DNA of 64,000 nt. Source: Octopus sinensis. Its lineage: Eukaryota. Position numbers and translations under genes: made by a program. Where the stretch lies: contig NC_043008.1 of NCBI RefSeq assembly GCF_006345805.1, positions 27,776,001 to 27,840,000 of the forward strand, given 5' to 3'. Shown one piece after another: positions 13,564 through 25,385 of the stretch (position 1 is its first letter; each line of letters begins with the position of its first letter). The notes under the pieces are model-generated. The model was not told where the DNA came from, did no database searches, and saw nothing but the letters and a program-made list of their open reading frames with translations.

Positions 13564-16500
13564 GCCTTTGCACGGCTTCTAACGCTGGAGATGTACTACA
13601 GTGTCAGCTGTTCCCTACCAGTGAACTAAGGTAACACTTCTTATTTTTCGAGCACTATACGGAGTATTCGAGCGGTTCCAAGTAGTGCTGCTTTCTGCAA
13701 GTGCTCCACTCTTATTATTTGTTCCACGTACTTCTCGAGATGTTTGCTCACTTTCCCCAGGCCCCCGACAATTATTGGTACTACTGCTATTCTTTTGATC
13801 GAAGACAACTGCTTAAAACCCAAGCTAAGTCTCGACATTTTTTTCCTCCTTATCGCATACCTCGTTGTCAGCTGGGCATGTTATATCTATGATCCAGCAT
13901 AGTTTGTTTTCTTTCTCAATTGAGACTATGTCCGACTTGCTATAAAATCCCACAGGATCTTTGCATTTCTATTCTCGACAATGCCTTCAGGTTTGTAGCC
14001 GTACCAACTTTTTGCTCTGCCATGTCCATACTTGTTGCAAAGTGTCCAATGGACAAGCCTTGCTATATTGTCGTGGCGTCTCTTATATTCCTTCTGGTAT
14101 AGCGGCGTACATTGGCTGGCAATATGCCATTTGGTTCACCGTTTTGTCCACAGATTCTTCACTTATCACTTTCTGTTGTGTTGTCTATTCTGTATTTTAT
14201 TTAGTTTGTTCTTAGTGCTTCATCTTGGAGAGCACAGATTAGAGCATACATTTCCGGTTTTAAATCACTTTTTGTCATCCACAGCTATCTTTATTTCACT
14301 CTCTGTCATATCTTCAACACCCTAGGAAATTGACCATGCATTCTTTTCTTTGCACACCTATTTTCTATTTCATTAGTTTTCCGAATTCTTGTATAGTGCT
14401 TCATCTTTGCAATCTTTCATCCTATACATATCTGACCTTCTCACTTCTAATAATATCGGTTGTGTGACATTTTTACAAACCCTGCTACGTTGTTTTCTTC
14501 GGCTCTAGTGATGTTTTCGCATCCAATAATTCCTTTTCCCACAATTTTTCTTGCTACATACAGTCTGTCTATGTCACATTTTGGGTGGAGTGACCATATC
14601 TAGTTAACAACTTCCTTGTCTTTGTGTCTAAACTGTTTAGATCGTCTAATGTCCATGCGATTATCCCTCATCCATATGTAAGGAGTGAAACCGCCCAGGT
14701 ATTGATAGCTACGATCTTAATCCGTCCATTTAATTTCGACTTAATATCAGTCTCATTTGCCGCAAGTACTCCACCTTAAATTTTTCTGACATTTCTTTCT
14801 CCATCAACTTATCCATTTCCAATATCCCCAGGACTTATAACCCATCTCTTGTATCTGATTCATAATCTCCCCTGACGGTATCATTAGCCCATCCATACAT
14901 TTGATTTTACTTCTCTTCAAGACTAACCCATCACACTTTCTCAGTCTGACTCCATTCTGGTATCAGGACTGAATGTATACACCGAATCAACGACGGAACT
15001 GACTTGAGATTCATCTTTACCATAAAGTTTGAGGTCATCCATGAATACCAAATAGGTGACATTCTGTTGGCGGCTTTTGAATACATACTCAGCTTTTGAT
15101 TTCCTAGAAATGAGTGTTAGTGGCATCAAGCACAGTACAAAGATCAGTGGGGAGAGACAGTCCCCTTGGAAGATGCCCTACCTAATTTCTACTGTCCGTA
15201 AACTTCTTCCGTATGCTGTCAGGTCCGTCCTTCAATTCGACATGCTTTTTCCAAGCAATCGCACAACTTTCGATGCAATTCCAAATAGGTTCATACATTC
15301 ATTAATCCAAGAATATGGGATCATATCGTACGCCTTACGATAATCTATCCATGACATGGTTAAGTTAGTTTTCCTCCACTTGCAGTCTCTTAGTTTTATC
15401 TACCAGGAGTTGATCCTTGGTACTCTTCACTTATGCTTGCAACCCTTCTGCTCATGCAGCAGGACTCCATTTTTTCCAGATGTTCGTATATTGACTCTGC
15501 GAGTATTCCAGTCAATAACTTCAACATAAATGGCAAACAGGATATCGGCATGTAACTGTCTACCGTATTGCCTTTTTCAACATTTTTCAGGCACAACAAT
15601 GTCCCACCCAATGCCAACTACTCTGGTGTTCCTTGGTTGGTATTTAACAAGGTGTTGTGTTGCGAAGCTATTCGTGCATAACATTCACCAAATCTTTTGA
15701 TCTAGTAGCCTTGAACTCCATCTTGTCCAGGACCCTTCCAGTTGCTCATTGTTTTGTGTAATGTCCTTCACTTCCCTAACTGAAATGACTAGTTCTGCCT
15801 GTTTTCGACAGACTACTGTCTGTTTCAGTACTTACAGCCATTCAGCATCCTTCTTGTGCTCCTTGTCGTTGATCCAGATATCACTCCCAAGCCTCTCATT
15901 GTTATTTGATATCAACTTCTCATCTGTACACTCTCCATTTATTTCTTTATAGAATCTCTTCTTATTTACTCGGAATAACCTATTTGGTCGTATCTTACCA
16001 TCTTTGTTTTCTTTGCAACGAGGCTGTGTTTCAGTTCCTCCATTACTACTTGGAAGCCCTTTCAATATCCTCCTTCCTTTTCAGCGAACTCTATTTTTGT
16101 TCGCTTTTAAGCTCCCCTATCTCTTTTCCGTCGGACACAGAGATTTTCTTTCAGAGCATGGATTTTTCTTCTCCACCATGGGTCTTTTTTTTGTCACTCC
16201 CATTATATTTCTTTTTCCTCACATCAACACCCACTTTTTTCTGCTACAACAATACTTGCTGCCTTGATCAAATTCTTTGTTTCTGTGATGTTGTTTGTTC
16301 TGATGTATTTCAGAATTTCCTTGACATTTTTCGTTTCTTGATCCAATTTATATCGATCAACGTTTTTAAGGTTGCAAGTAAGGTCGCTATCGTTCTCCTG
16401 TAGTCTTACCTTTATTTTGACGTTGATTGCATTTTGTTCATCTGTTATGTCGCCATTAGTTTTATTTTCTTCTTTTAGATTATCTATATGCCTCTCATTG

Positions 16501-16936
16501 AGTAAACTACCACTGCTTTTGTCCTGTGCTATGGGCTTATTCTTAGTAAGAATTGTATTTTCATTGTTATCACTGCTGCTTGTTTCCATGACCTCTCTTT
16601 TGATAGTTTCGAGCTCTACTTCTGTGAACCTACAAAGTTTTCTTATTGCACTGGCTTGATCACATAGTCTCTGTTCCTTGATTTGAAACAATCCCTATTC
16701 ATTCCAATGATCATTACTATGAGCATCTTTTTCAACTACCGGGCTGCTCAGGTAGTAACACTCCATAACCACAGCATTAATTTGCTTTCTCATTCGACGC
16801 TTTGTGTGGTGGCCCTTTTCTAGATATAGACAGGCTGGAGCCGGACAAATATCTGTTAGCCTATCGGGTGTAACACTGTCCGCATTATTGGCTTCAGTTT
16901 CATAACAACCGTATTCGTAATATTTTGTTTTTTCAT
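13564..16936 (-). mobile_element. Near full-length but disrupted R4/Dong non-LTR retrotransposon
   Basis: N-terminal VMECYY and EQRLCDQ, RT PISCL and FMDDLKLY, C-terminal VPIIVGGLG..LQKAALLGTARILR; (AAT)n flanks. Confidence 0.9.
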
Positions 16937-16991
16937 TGTTGTTGTTGTTGTTGTTGTTGTTATTATTATTATTATTATCATTATTATTATT

Positions 16992-18307
16992 CAGTAGTTT
17001 TATTTTTATAGCGTGCTTTCACTTCACTACCGAGCACAGCTCTGTGTGTCTTGGGTATGTGCTGTGATTTGTTGTGATGCTCTGATGGTTATTGTATGGA
17101 AAGTGTTCTGCGTAGGATGTGTGCAGTGCCTAGTAGTGCAATTTTCTGTATGTTATATGTGTTTGTAAGTCCTGGTGTTTTTGTTATGTATTTGTCTGAA
17201 TATTTTTTATCACGCCTAATGCACCTACTATGATAGGAATTGTTTCTGTTTTCAGATTCCACATTCTAGTTACCTCTATTTCCAGGTCTTTGTATTTTGA
17301 GAGTTTCTCCATTTCTTTTAGAGACACGTTGTCATCTGCCGGTATTGTTACATCAATTAGAAAGCATTTTTTTCTTCATGATCTCTGACAACTATATCTG
17401 GTCTGTTGGCCTTAATTTCTCTATCTGTGTGTATCGGCATATCCCATAGTATGGTTGCTTTCTCGTTTTCTGTGACCGTTTCTGGTGTGTGCCTATACCA
17501 TCTTTTTTCTGTTGTTATTCCATAATGTTGGCATAGCTTCCAATGTATGTAGGTTCCACCTCTGTCATGTCTGTGAATATATTCCTTCTTAGCCAAGACT
17601 GAGCAGCTAGAGATAATATGATTTATTGTTTTTTGTCCATCTCCACATATTCTGCAGTTACTTGTAATATTTCTTTTCATTACATGTTTTTGGTAATTTC
17701 TGGTGGGGAGGCTTTGGTCTTGTGCTGCAATTAAAAATCCCTCTGTTTCTGCTTTGAGTCCTGAGCGTCTCAACCATTGCTGGGATTTTTCTTTGTCTAT
17801 TTCTTTTGCGTTTAGTTTAGTCCAGTATTTACCATGAAGGGGCTTTTCTTGCCATCGTTTTATCATGGTTCGTTGCTGTTCTATTTTTAATTTGGATTTC
17901 ATTTGTTTTATAGCTTTTGTTGTTTCTTCATCTTCTTCTTCTTCTTCATGTTTATTAGGTGGTATGATTTATTGTTTGTATTTGTCAGCTTCCTTAAATA
18001 TTGAGAACATTTTTTTGTTTTGCTCGTGTTTTGCCGCTGGATCAGATTTCCTTCCTTCTGAAGTAGATATTTTTGCAGTCCTATGGTGGTTATTTTATAG
18101 TAGTTTTCCAGCTGTATAAGGCCTCTACCACCTTCTATACGTTGTATATATAGTTTTTCTATGTCAGATTTTGGGTGATGCATCCTAGATCCTGTCATTA
18201 TTTTTCTTGTTTTCCTGTCTATTTTGGTCAGTTCATTTCGTGTCCAGTTAAGGATAGTGTAGCTGTAACTTATAACTGGGACAGCTAAAGTGTTGATACC
18301 TATTATC
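16992..18307 (-). mobile_element. 5'-truncated R4/Dong LINE (family B)
   Basis: HHPKSDIEKLY..GGRGL, CCHC knuckle CRICGDGQKTINHIISSC, RLE RPDIVV. Confidence 0.93.
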
Positions 18308-18346
18308 ATTATTATTATTATATAATAATACCTATTATCATTATCA

Positions 18347-18406
<60 letters not shown>

Positions 18407-18421
18407 GCATTGTTATTATTA

Positions 18422-18465
<44 letters not shown>

Positions 18466-18466
18466 G

Positions 18467-18506
<40 letters not shown>

Positions 18507-18577
18507 GTTATTATTATTAGCATTATTCATGTTACTGCATGGAATCGAACTCAGGGCATAATTATAATAATAATAAC

Positions 18578-18634
<57 letters not shown>

Positions 18635-18654
18635 TAATAATAATAATAATAATA

Positions 18655-19341
18655 ATGGCTTCTGACCTTAACTGATTGGAAGTGTTATCATGTATATTGT
18701 TTTGTCTTGGTATAAAAGATGGGCTACAGCAAATATTCTGCTCAATACCACAGATTTGATTGTCAGTTGTTTGACTTTAACCAGTTGAGCATGTTCCTTA
18801 GGGGCTGATGATATGTGGATGGCTTCTGACCTTAACTGATTGGAAGTGTTATCATGTACATTGTTTTGTCCTGGTATAAAAGATGGGCTACAACAAATAT
18901 TCTGCTCAATACCACAGATTTGCTTGTCAGTTGTTTGACTTTAATCAGTTGAGCATGTTCCTTAGTGGCTGACGATATGTGCATCTCTGATCACGAGCAG
19001 AAGTATTGGGGGAGCATCATAGCCATGTGTTGAGAGGGATTCTTTGGGGTTTGAATAATTCACCTCTGGAAACATGGGTGGTTTTTCAACATCATTAAAC
19101 AATCCTTATTCAGGGACCTTTTGAGCAGGATGGGCTACTTAATCTGAAGAAAATTCTAACTGGGCCCCACCTGCAAGGTAATGTGCTGTTCATCTTGATA
19201 TGAGATCACCATGTCGCGCACATTTGGTTGTGATGCATGTGCCTGGTGTACCCTTATCAAGCGGGTAGTCATGATGGGTATATTGGGCTTCGTACATTTT
19301 ACTCCAGTGTCACTTTGATGGCATGAACTGCTCTCTCACTC
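18655..19341 (+). mobile_element. ~560-bp element, copy 3 (5'-truncated, first ~165 bp duplicated in tandem)
   Basis: atggcttctgacc starts twice (~18655 and ~18819); intact 3' end ctctcactc(aat)n. Confidence 0.85.
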
Positions 19342-19376
19342 AATAATAATAATATAATAATAATAATAATAATAAT

Positions 19377-19825
19377 ACAAATATTGTGCTAAATACCACA
19401 TATTTGCTTGTCAGTTGTTTGACCTAACCAGTCGACCCTGTCCCTTGATTGCTGACGATATGTGCATCTCTGGTCACGAGTGGAAGTAGTGGGGAAGCAT
19501 CATACCCATGTGCAGAGAGGGGTACTTTGGGGTTTGAATAATACACCTCTGGAAACATGGGTGTTACGTTCAACAACCTTAAACAACCCTTATTCAGGGA
19601 TCTTTTGAGCGGGATGTGTTACTCGACCAGAAAAAAATTCTAACTGAGCCCCACATGTACGGTCGTGTACTGTTTGTCTTGATATGAGATCACCATGTCG
19701 CGCACACATGGTTGTGATGCATGTGTCTCTTGTACCCTTATCAGACAGGTCGTCATGATGGGTATACTGGACTTCGTATATTTTACCCCAGTGTCACTTA
19801 GATGGCATGCACTGTTCTCTCACTC
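19377..19825 (+). mobile_element. ~560-bp element, copy 4 (5'-truncated, more diverged)
   Basis: Homologous to the other copies; 3' end intact. Confidence 0.82.
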
Positions 19826-19836
19826 AATAATAATAA

Positions 19837-19904
<68 letters not shown>

Positions 19905-19905
<1 letters not shown>

Positions 19906-20060
19906 CAACAACATCGAAAGATACGTCAGGATTGAGAACCCAGGTTCGAAATTTCCCCAATACACCTGACGAAGGCTGTAGGGGTTTATCAGCCTAAACG
20001 TTGTGTTAACAACAAACAAGATGAAGACAAATATCCGTCAACTGTAAATATTGTAAATAA
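19905..20060 (+). mobile_element. PLE terminal module (HHR family 1, G12 mutated)
   Basis: acac CTGACGA a ggctg..cagcc TAAAC GTT gtgt at ~19963-20006. Confidence 0.78.
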
Positions 20061-21156
20061 TGAAAAGAATGAAAATTCGCTTATTTTTTAAATACAAGGA
20101 ATACTTTTATTCATCGAATTATGCACCGATACTGTCAATACACTATCAGTTGAAATTTACAACCTTTGTGGATTCGTCCGTAAATATCTTAATACATATG
20201 TTTTTACTAGTTGAAATAAAAAGAAAACTGCTAAAACTGATAGAATGTAAAGTACAATTTATAGCAAGAGAAAGTACTCTACCTGTGTTCACGAACTGAT
20301 CTGAAGTATATAAAATTGATGAACGAAAAATATTCTTAAATATGCGTACAATTCCGAGATGCTAGTTTTGTTCAGGCAAAAATCGTTTTCATTTCTCTGC
20401 ATCTGAAATCAGTAGAAAAACTCACACGCCATGAGAATAATTCCGCAGAGACATTGTTTCCACGCCGCTACCAACACGATATACTCGATGTGATGAACAA
20501 TACAATGATCAGATGTAACATTTATTGAAAATCTTTAGATATTTTACATCAGCATTTCTGACATGATGTATAAGAATTAATCGATATCGTATTCGTGATT
20601 ATCGTTCGGCATTATCAAAACTTTCAGCATGTACGGCGATGACCATAAATCAGACGGTTTTGTCCTCGAAGAAATAGTTTATCAAAAGTTGGTTTCCATT
20701 TATTTCAATAAGTATGCCGGCATAGTCTGGCATAGCAAAGACACAACAAGCTGGCCCTCTCATACTGATATTAATTTCCACTTGAAGAGATCCTATAAAA
20801 GAATAGTATTAAAGACTTTGAATTGAGCCATATATCACCCCGTCACTCTCACTGCTTGCCTATTCTTTTACACATATGCAGATGTGCAGACGCACTACGA
20901 CACATACGTTTGTTGCAGAACACACATATGAGGGAATATGTAAAGAAATCTAAGCAAACGTCTATTAACACTAGGTTATTAATTTTCTATTCCGCAGGCA
21001 GCTACTCTTAAATATCAGTAGGCAGACCAGAAATCACTTTGTATAGATTCTGATGTATGTATGTATGTATGTATGTAATTACGTTTGTATGTACTCACAC
21101 ACATACCCACATGCATATATGTGTTTGTGTGTGTGTGTGTGTGTGTGTATGTGTGT

Positions 21157-21221
<65 letters not shown>

Positions 21222-21805
21222 TGATATCAGAAACAGAATGGCAATTTTACGCCTTTTCTTTTCTTTCCGTGGAAAATCCATGCACCATTACTACTTCTTA
21301 GGTTTCGGCAATACAATGAATGATTGAACTCTCGTCCCGGAAGAGAAAAAAAGACAAGCTTTCCCTTGTTTACCTCTTTAGATGTTTATCTTCATACAAC
21401 CTCTAGTTTTAACATATTTCGTGCAACGCACTACTCGATTCACTTCGCCAGCATAACTTGATGTATTGGATATTTCCCTACTGATTTTCACTTATATAAG
21501 AATCACATACGCATACTACAGGCACATTTAAAAGCATGACTTAAACAAGGAGTATAAAAGCACCCCAGAACAGACGAAATTATTTTCATGAAAAGCATTC
21601 GAAATGCGAACGTTATTTTATAAAGCGAAATTGGCTTTCTATATAAGCATAGGCGCATGTAATGCAAATGTATACATGTGCAATTCACTAAGCATGCACA
21701 AAACAAATATGAGACTTCTTTGAAAGAGTTTTATATATGGGAGATGAGGAATTATGAACATTATTTACATTATCTACGTTATCCACTCCAATTATGAAGA
21801 TGTGA

Positions 21806-22312
21806 GAGGATGAGGGCAATAAATTGTCCACGGTCTATCCACCCTATGTCAAAGGCCTCTTCGAAAAGATACAAAAACGATATGTGGCACATATGTGACA
21901 CATCAGGACAGTATTCAAGAGTAAAACAGCACTTCGCAAACATCTTCGCGTAAAACCACCAATAGAAGAGAATATGACCAAAGACTGCGTGTACTCCATC
22001 CCATGCAGCTGCGGTAGGTTATACAAAGGTGAAACATGTCGCACCCTCAAAATAAGGGTAGGCGAACATCGCAAAGCTGTGACACGAGAGGATATCGATA
22101 AATCAAGCATAGATGACCATGTGTAGAAAAATGGAGACCACCTCCACCTGAGGGATGAAGTTAAAATAACAGACAGAGAAGACCACTGGAAAATACGAAA
22201 ACTTAAAGAAGCAGCACGCATGCTAGGACACAACAACCTCCTAAGCAGACCGAGTGCAGATATGAGCAGCATATGGAAAACGATATTAAGGAAGGATAGA
22301 AAAAAATATTAG
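21806..22312 (+). pseudogene. PLE C-terminal GIY-YIG endonuclease remnant
   Basis: Manual translation PYVKGLFEKIQK..IRTVFKS..CVYSIPCSCGRLYKGETCRTLKIRVGEH..RKLKEA; one internal stop and a frameshift; absent from the ORF track. Confidence 0.9.
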
Positions 22313-22349
22313 ATTAATAAGCTCTAAAATTCACTCCATAATTTCCCAC

Positions 22350-22425
22350 GGGCATATGGCGTAGTGGTTAAGAGCGCGGGCTACTAACCCCAAGATTCCG
22401 AGTTCGATTTCCGAGTTCAGTGACC
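22350..22425 (+). ncRNA. tRNA-derived segment with Pol III A/B boxes (not a functional tRNA)
   Basis: A box TGGCGTAGTGG, loop CT-ACT-AA, B box GAGTTCGATT; acceptor stem pairs poorly. Confidence 0.75.
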
Positions 22426-22503
22426 TGAATAATAATAATAAGAAGAAGAAAAATAACATCGAAAAGTACCTTAGGAATGAGAATCCAGGTTCGAAATTTC
22501 CCC

Positions 22504-22548
22504 AAGACACCTGAAGAAAGCTGGAGGGTATATTAACCGAAACGTGTT
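22504..22548 (+). ncRNA. Hammerhead motif (family 1, partly degenerate)
   Basis: acac CTGAAGA aagctg..taacc GAAAC gtgtt. Confidence 0.6.
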
Positions 22549-23441
22549 AACAACAAACAAGATGAGGACAAATATCCGTCGAATATAAATAATATACATA
22601 ATATCTTTTGAAAGAATCTATGTCACATAAAATTTCAATAACACTTATACTGAGAGAAACACATGATTAAATATTACTTTATCGACGCCGAAACCAAAAA
22701 ATGCAATGGCAACTTCGATGACATTTGAAATCAAACCGTAAGAGCAAACGAAATGCCGCTAATCATCTTGCCCTGAATAATTATTGAACTGACATAACTC
22801 CTATTGCCAGCAGAACATTATACACACATAAGAACATTGAAAGAAATACATTTTAACACAAACAACGAAAGTATGAATCTGGCGATATAATACAGTCCCG
22901 CTGTTTATCAACATAAAGGTACACAGCACTATCAATACATAAACATAGAGATGCTTATATAAAAGGAAGTAGTACTTTGAAAATCAAATAAATCTTCGGA
23001 CATAAAAACCTGCACTGAGAGACATTCACACTGAAAGGCATTGCATGTATACCATCGCTCAGAAATCTCATATTAAATCTATAAAGCCAAACACACACCA
23101 TGCATAACAGACATTCGTAACTATACAGAAAGAGATGACATGGCAGTTAAACAGCATATTGTGATAAAATGAAATCACTATGAGTTCCGAAATAAACATA
23201 CAACAGAAATTGATGCTGGGCCCTGTAACAACGCACATATACACAGGCATATACATACGCTCACTCAGAGAAACACTCTGACACGCAAACTTAATTTCAA
23301 AAGAAGCTGGAAAGCTTCTGTGTGATAAATTTCTGTATCTTTAATTTATCTTATTTGACTTTTTCCTTTACTGTTCATCTTCAATTGAGTCGCCCATATA
23401 TTCTTTGAGATGAATGGCATACATCAGACTCATAAAATATA

Positions 23442-24026
23442 TTCTTTTCTAATCTCGGCACCAGGCCCGAAATTTTGGGGGAGGAGACCAGTAAATTAGA
23501 TCGACCTCAGTACGCAACTGGTACTTAATCTATCAATTCCGTAAAGATGAAGGGTAAAGTCGACCTCGGCAGAATTTGAATCCAGAACGTAAAGACAGGC
23601 GAAATACCTCTTTTTTTTTACTACCCACAAGGGGCTAAACACAGGGAGGACAAACAAAGACAGACAAATGGATTAAGTCGATTATATCAACCCCAGTGTG
23701 TAACTGGTACTTATTTAATCGACTGCGAAAGAATGAAAGGCAAAGTCGATCTCGGCGGAATTTGAACTCAGACCATAACGGCAGACGAAATACCTATTTC
23801 TTTATTATCAAAAAGGGGCTAAACATAGAGGGGACAAACAAGGACAGAAATAGGTATTAAGTCGATTACATCGAGCCCAATACGTAACTGGTACTTAATT
23901 TATCGATCCCTAAAGGATGAAAGGCAAAGTCGACCGCGGTGGAATTTGAACTCAGAACACAGCGGCGGACGAAATACCGCAAAGCATTTCGCCCGGCGTG
24001 CTAACGTTTCTGCCAGCTTGCCACCT
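23442..24026 (-). mobile_element. SINE family B, tandem trimer
   Basis: Three ~170-230-bp units with aaagtcga..gaatttgaa..gaaatacc; full tRNA head only on the unit at ~23960-24026. Confidence 0.85.
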
Positions 24027-24110
24027 TACTCATGAAAGATTACATTCATATTGTTTTCGTCGTGCAGTGAGGTAATAAATCTTATTTCCTTTTGCTACAT
24101 GGAGTCTATA

Positions 24111-24160
<50 letters not shown>

Positions 24161-24227
24161 CTGGTACACACACGTAATCAACCTCTTACACACATATATG
24201 GATGTTCCTCTCTGTACATATCTATGA

Positions 24228-24523
24228 AGGTGTTTGGCCTAGTCTTTAAGCGTGTTGAACTCGCGCGATATGTCAATCTTAATTTCACTTCATATACCAG
24301 GCAAAGCGTTGTGGTCTTGATCAAAGTACTTCATCTCACGTTGCACTGCAATCACTTCGATATCTGAGGCGTGGTACGTAGTGCACCTGTTCAGACAAAG
24401 TTGATTGGATAGAGAAAGTGAGCTATTGTACAGCACGAACATTTGATCAAGAAAAACGAATCAAATTTGCAGGTCGTTCAGCTAAAGCTGAAAACTTTTA
24501 GGCTGTCTTCGATGGTAGAGTCC

Positions 24524-24524
<1 letters not shown>
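24228..24524 (+). mobile_element. SINE family C
   Basis: Homologous to 6063-6360. Confidence 0.65.
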
Positions 24525-24597
<73 letters not shown>

Positions 24598-24651
24598 TCT
24601 ATCTATCTACATACATATATAAATACATGCATAAATACATACATATATAAC

Positions 24652-25075
24652 GTACTCTTTTACTCTTTTACTCTTTTAATTGTTTCAGTCATTTGACTGC
24701 GGCCATGCTGGAGCACCGCCTTTAATCGAGCAACTCGACCCCGGGACTTATTCTTTTTGTAAGCCCAGTACTTGTTCTATCGGTCTCTTTTGCCGGACCG
24801 CTAAGTAACGGGGACATAAACACACCAGCATCGGTCGTCAAGCAATGCTAGAGGGGCAAACACAGACACACAAACACACACACGCATATATATATACATA
24901 TACACGACGGGCGTCTTTTCAGTTTCCGTCTACTAAATCCACTCACAAGGCATTGGCTATAGTAAAATACACTTGCTATAGTAGGATACACTTGCAGAAG
25001 GTGCCACGCAGTAGCACTGGACCCGGAACCATATGGTTGGTAAACAAGCTACTTACCACACACCCACTTCTGCGC
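24652..25075 (-). mobile_element. SINE family A, well preserved
   Basis: tRNA-like head, internal microsatellite, tail ending in (taaaagag)n on the sense strand. Confidence 0.85.
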
Positions 25076-25290
25076 GTGTGTGAAAAAAATCAAAAGGTAA
25101 ATTTAATTTTAATTTCAATTGACCTAAGGAAAATGATTCTTTTTTTACTTGATGTAAATGATTTCTTCATCAATGAAGAACACGGCTGAAACAGCTTTTG
25201 TTGAAATATAGCCAATTTGTGTCACTATGTATACACACATACGTATGAAAATACATACATATATTCAAACACATACATATATACATATAT

Positions 25291-25358
<68 letters not shown>

Positions 25359-25385
25359 TACATATATATGTATAATATATGTATA

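Larger units (their letters stand above)
21725..22601 (+). mobile_element. 5'-truncated Penelope-like element: inverted tail + GIY-YIG ORF end + tRNA-like/(AAT)n/HHR terminus
   Basis: 21725-21772 is the inverted 3' tail also seen at 8426-8470; ORF remnant and terminal module follow. Confidence 0.88.

Noticed and set aside
18968-19150. CTGACGA and CTGAAGA in the 560-bp element as hammerhead cores
   Set aside because: I could not find a correctly placed GAAA with stems I-III
21844-22272. 142-aa minus-strand ORF as a gene
   Set aside because: Antisense shadow of the plus-strand GIY-YIG remnant
22350-22425. Functional tRNA-Ser(ACT) gene
   Set aside because: Acceptor stem pairs poorly, there is no long Ser variable arm, the anticodon is atypical, and it is embedded in a repeated element
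23442-24026. CRISPR-like repeat/spacer array
   Set aside because: Units are long SINE monomers, there are no unique spacers or cas genes, and the context is eukaryotic
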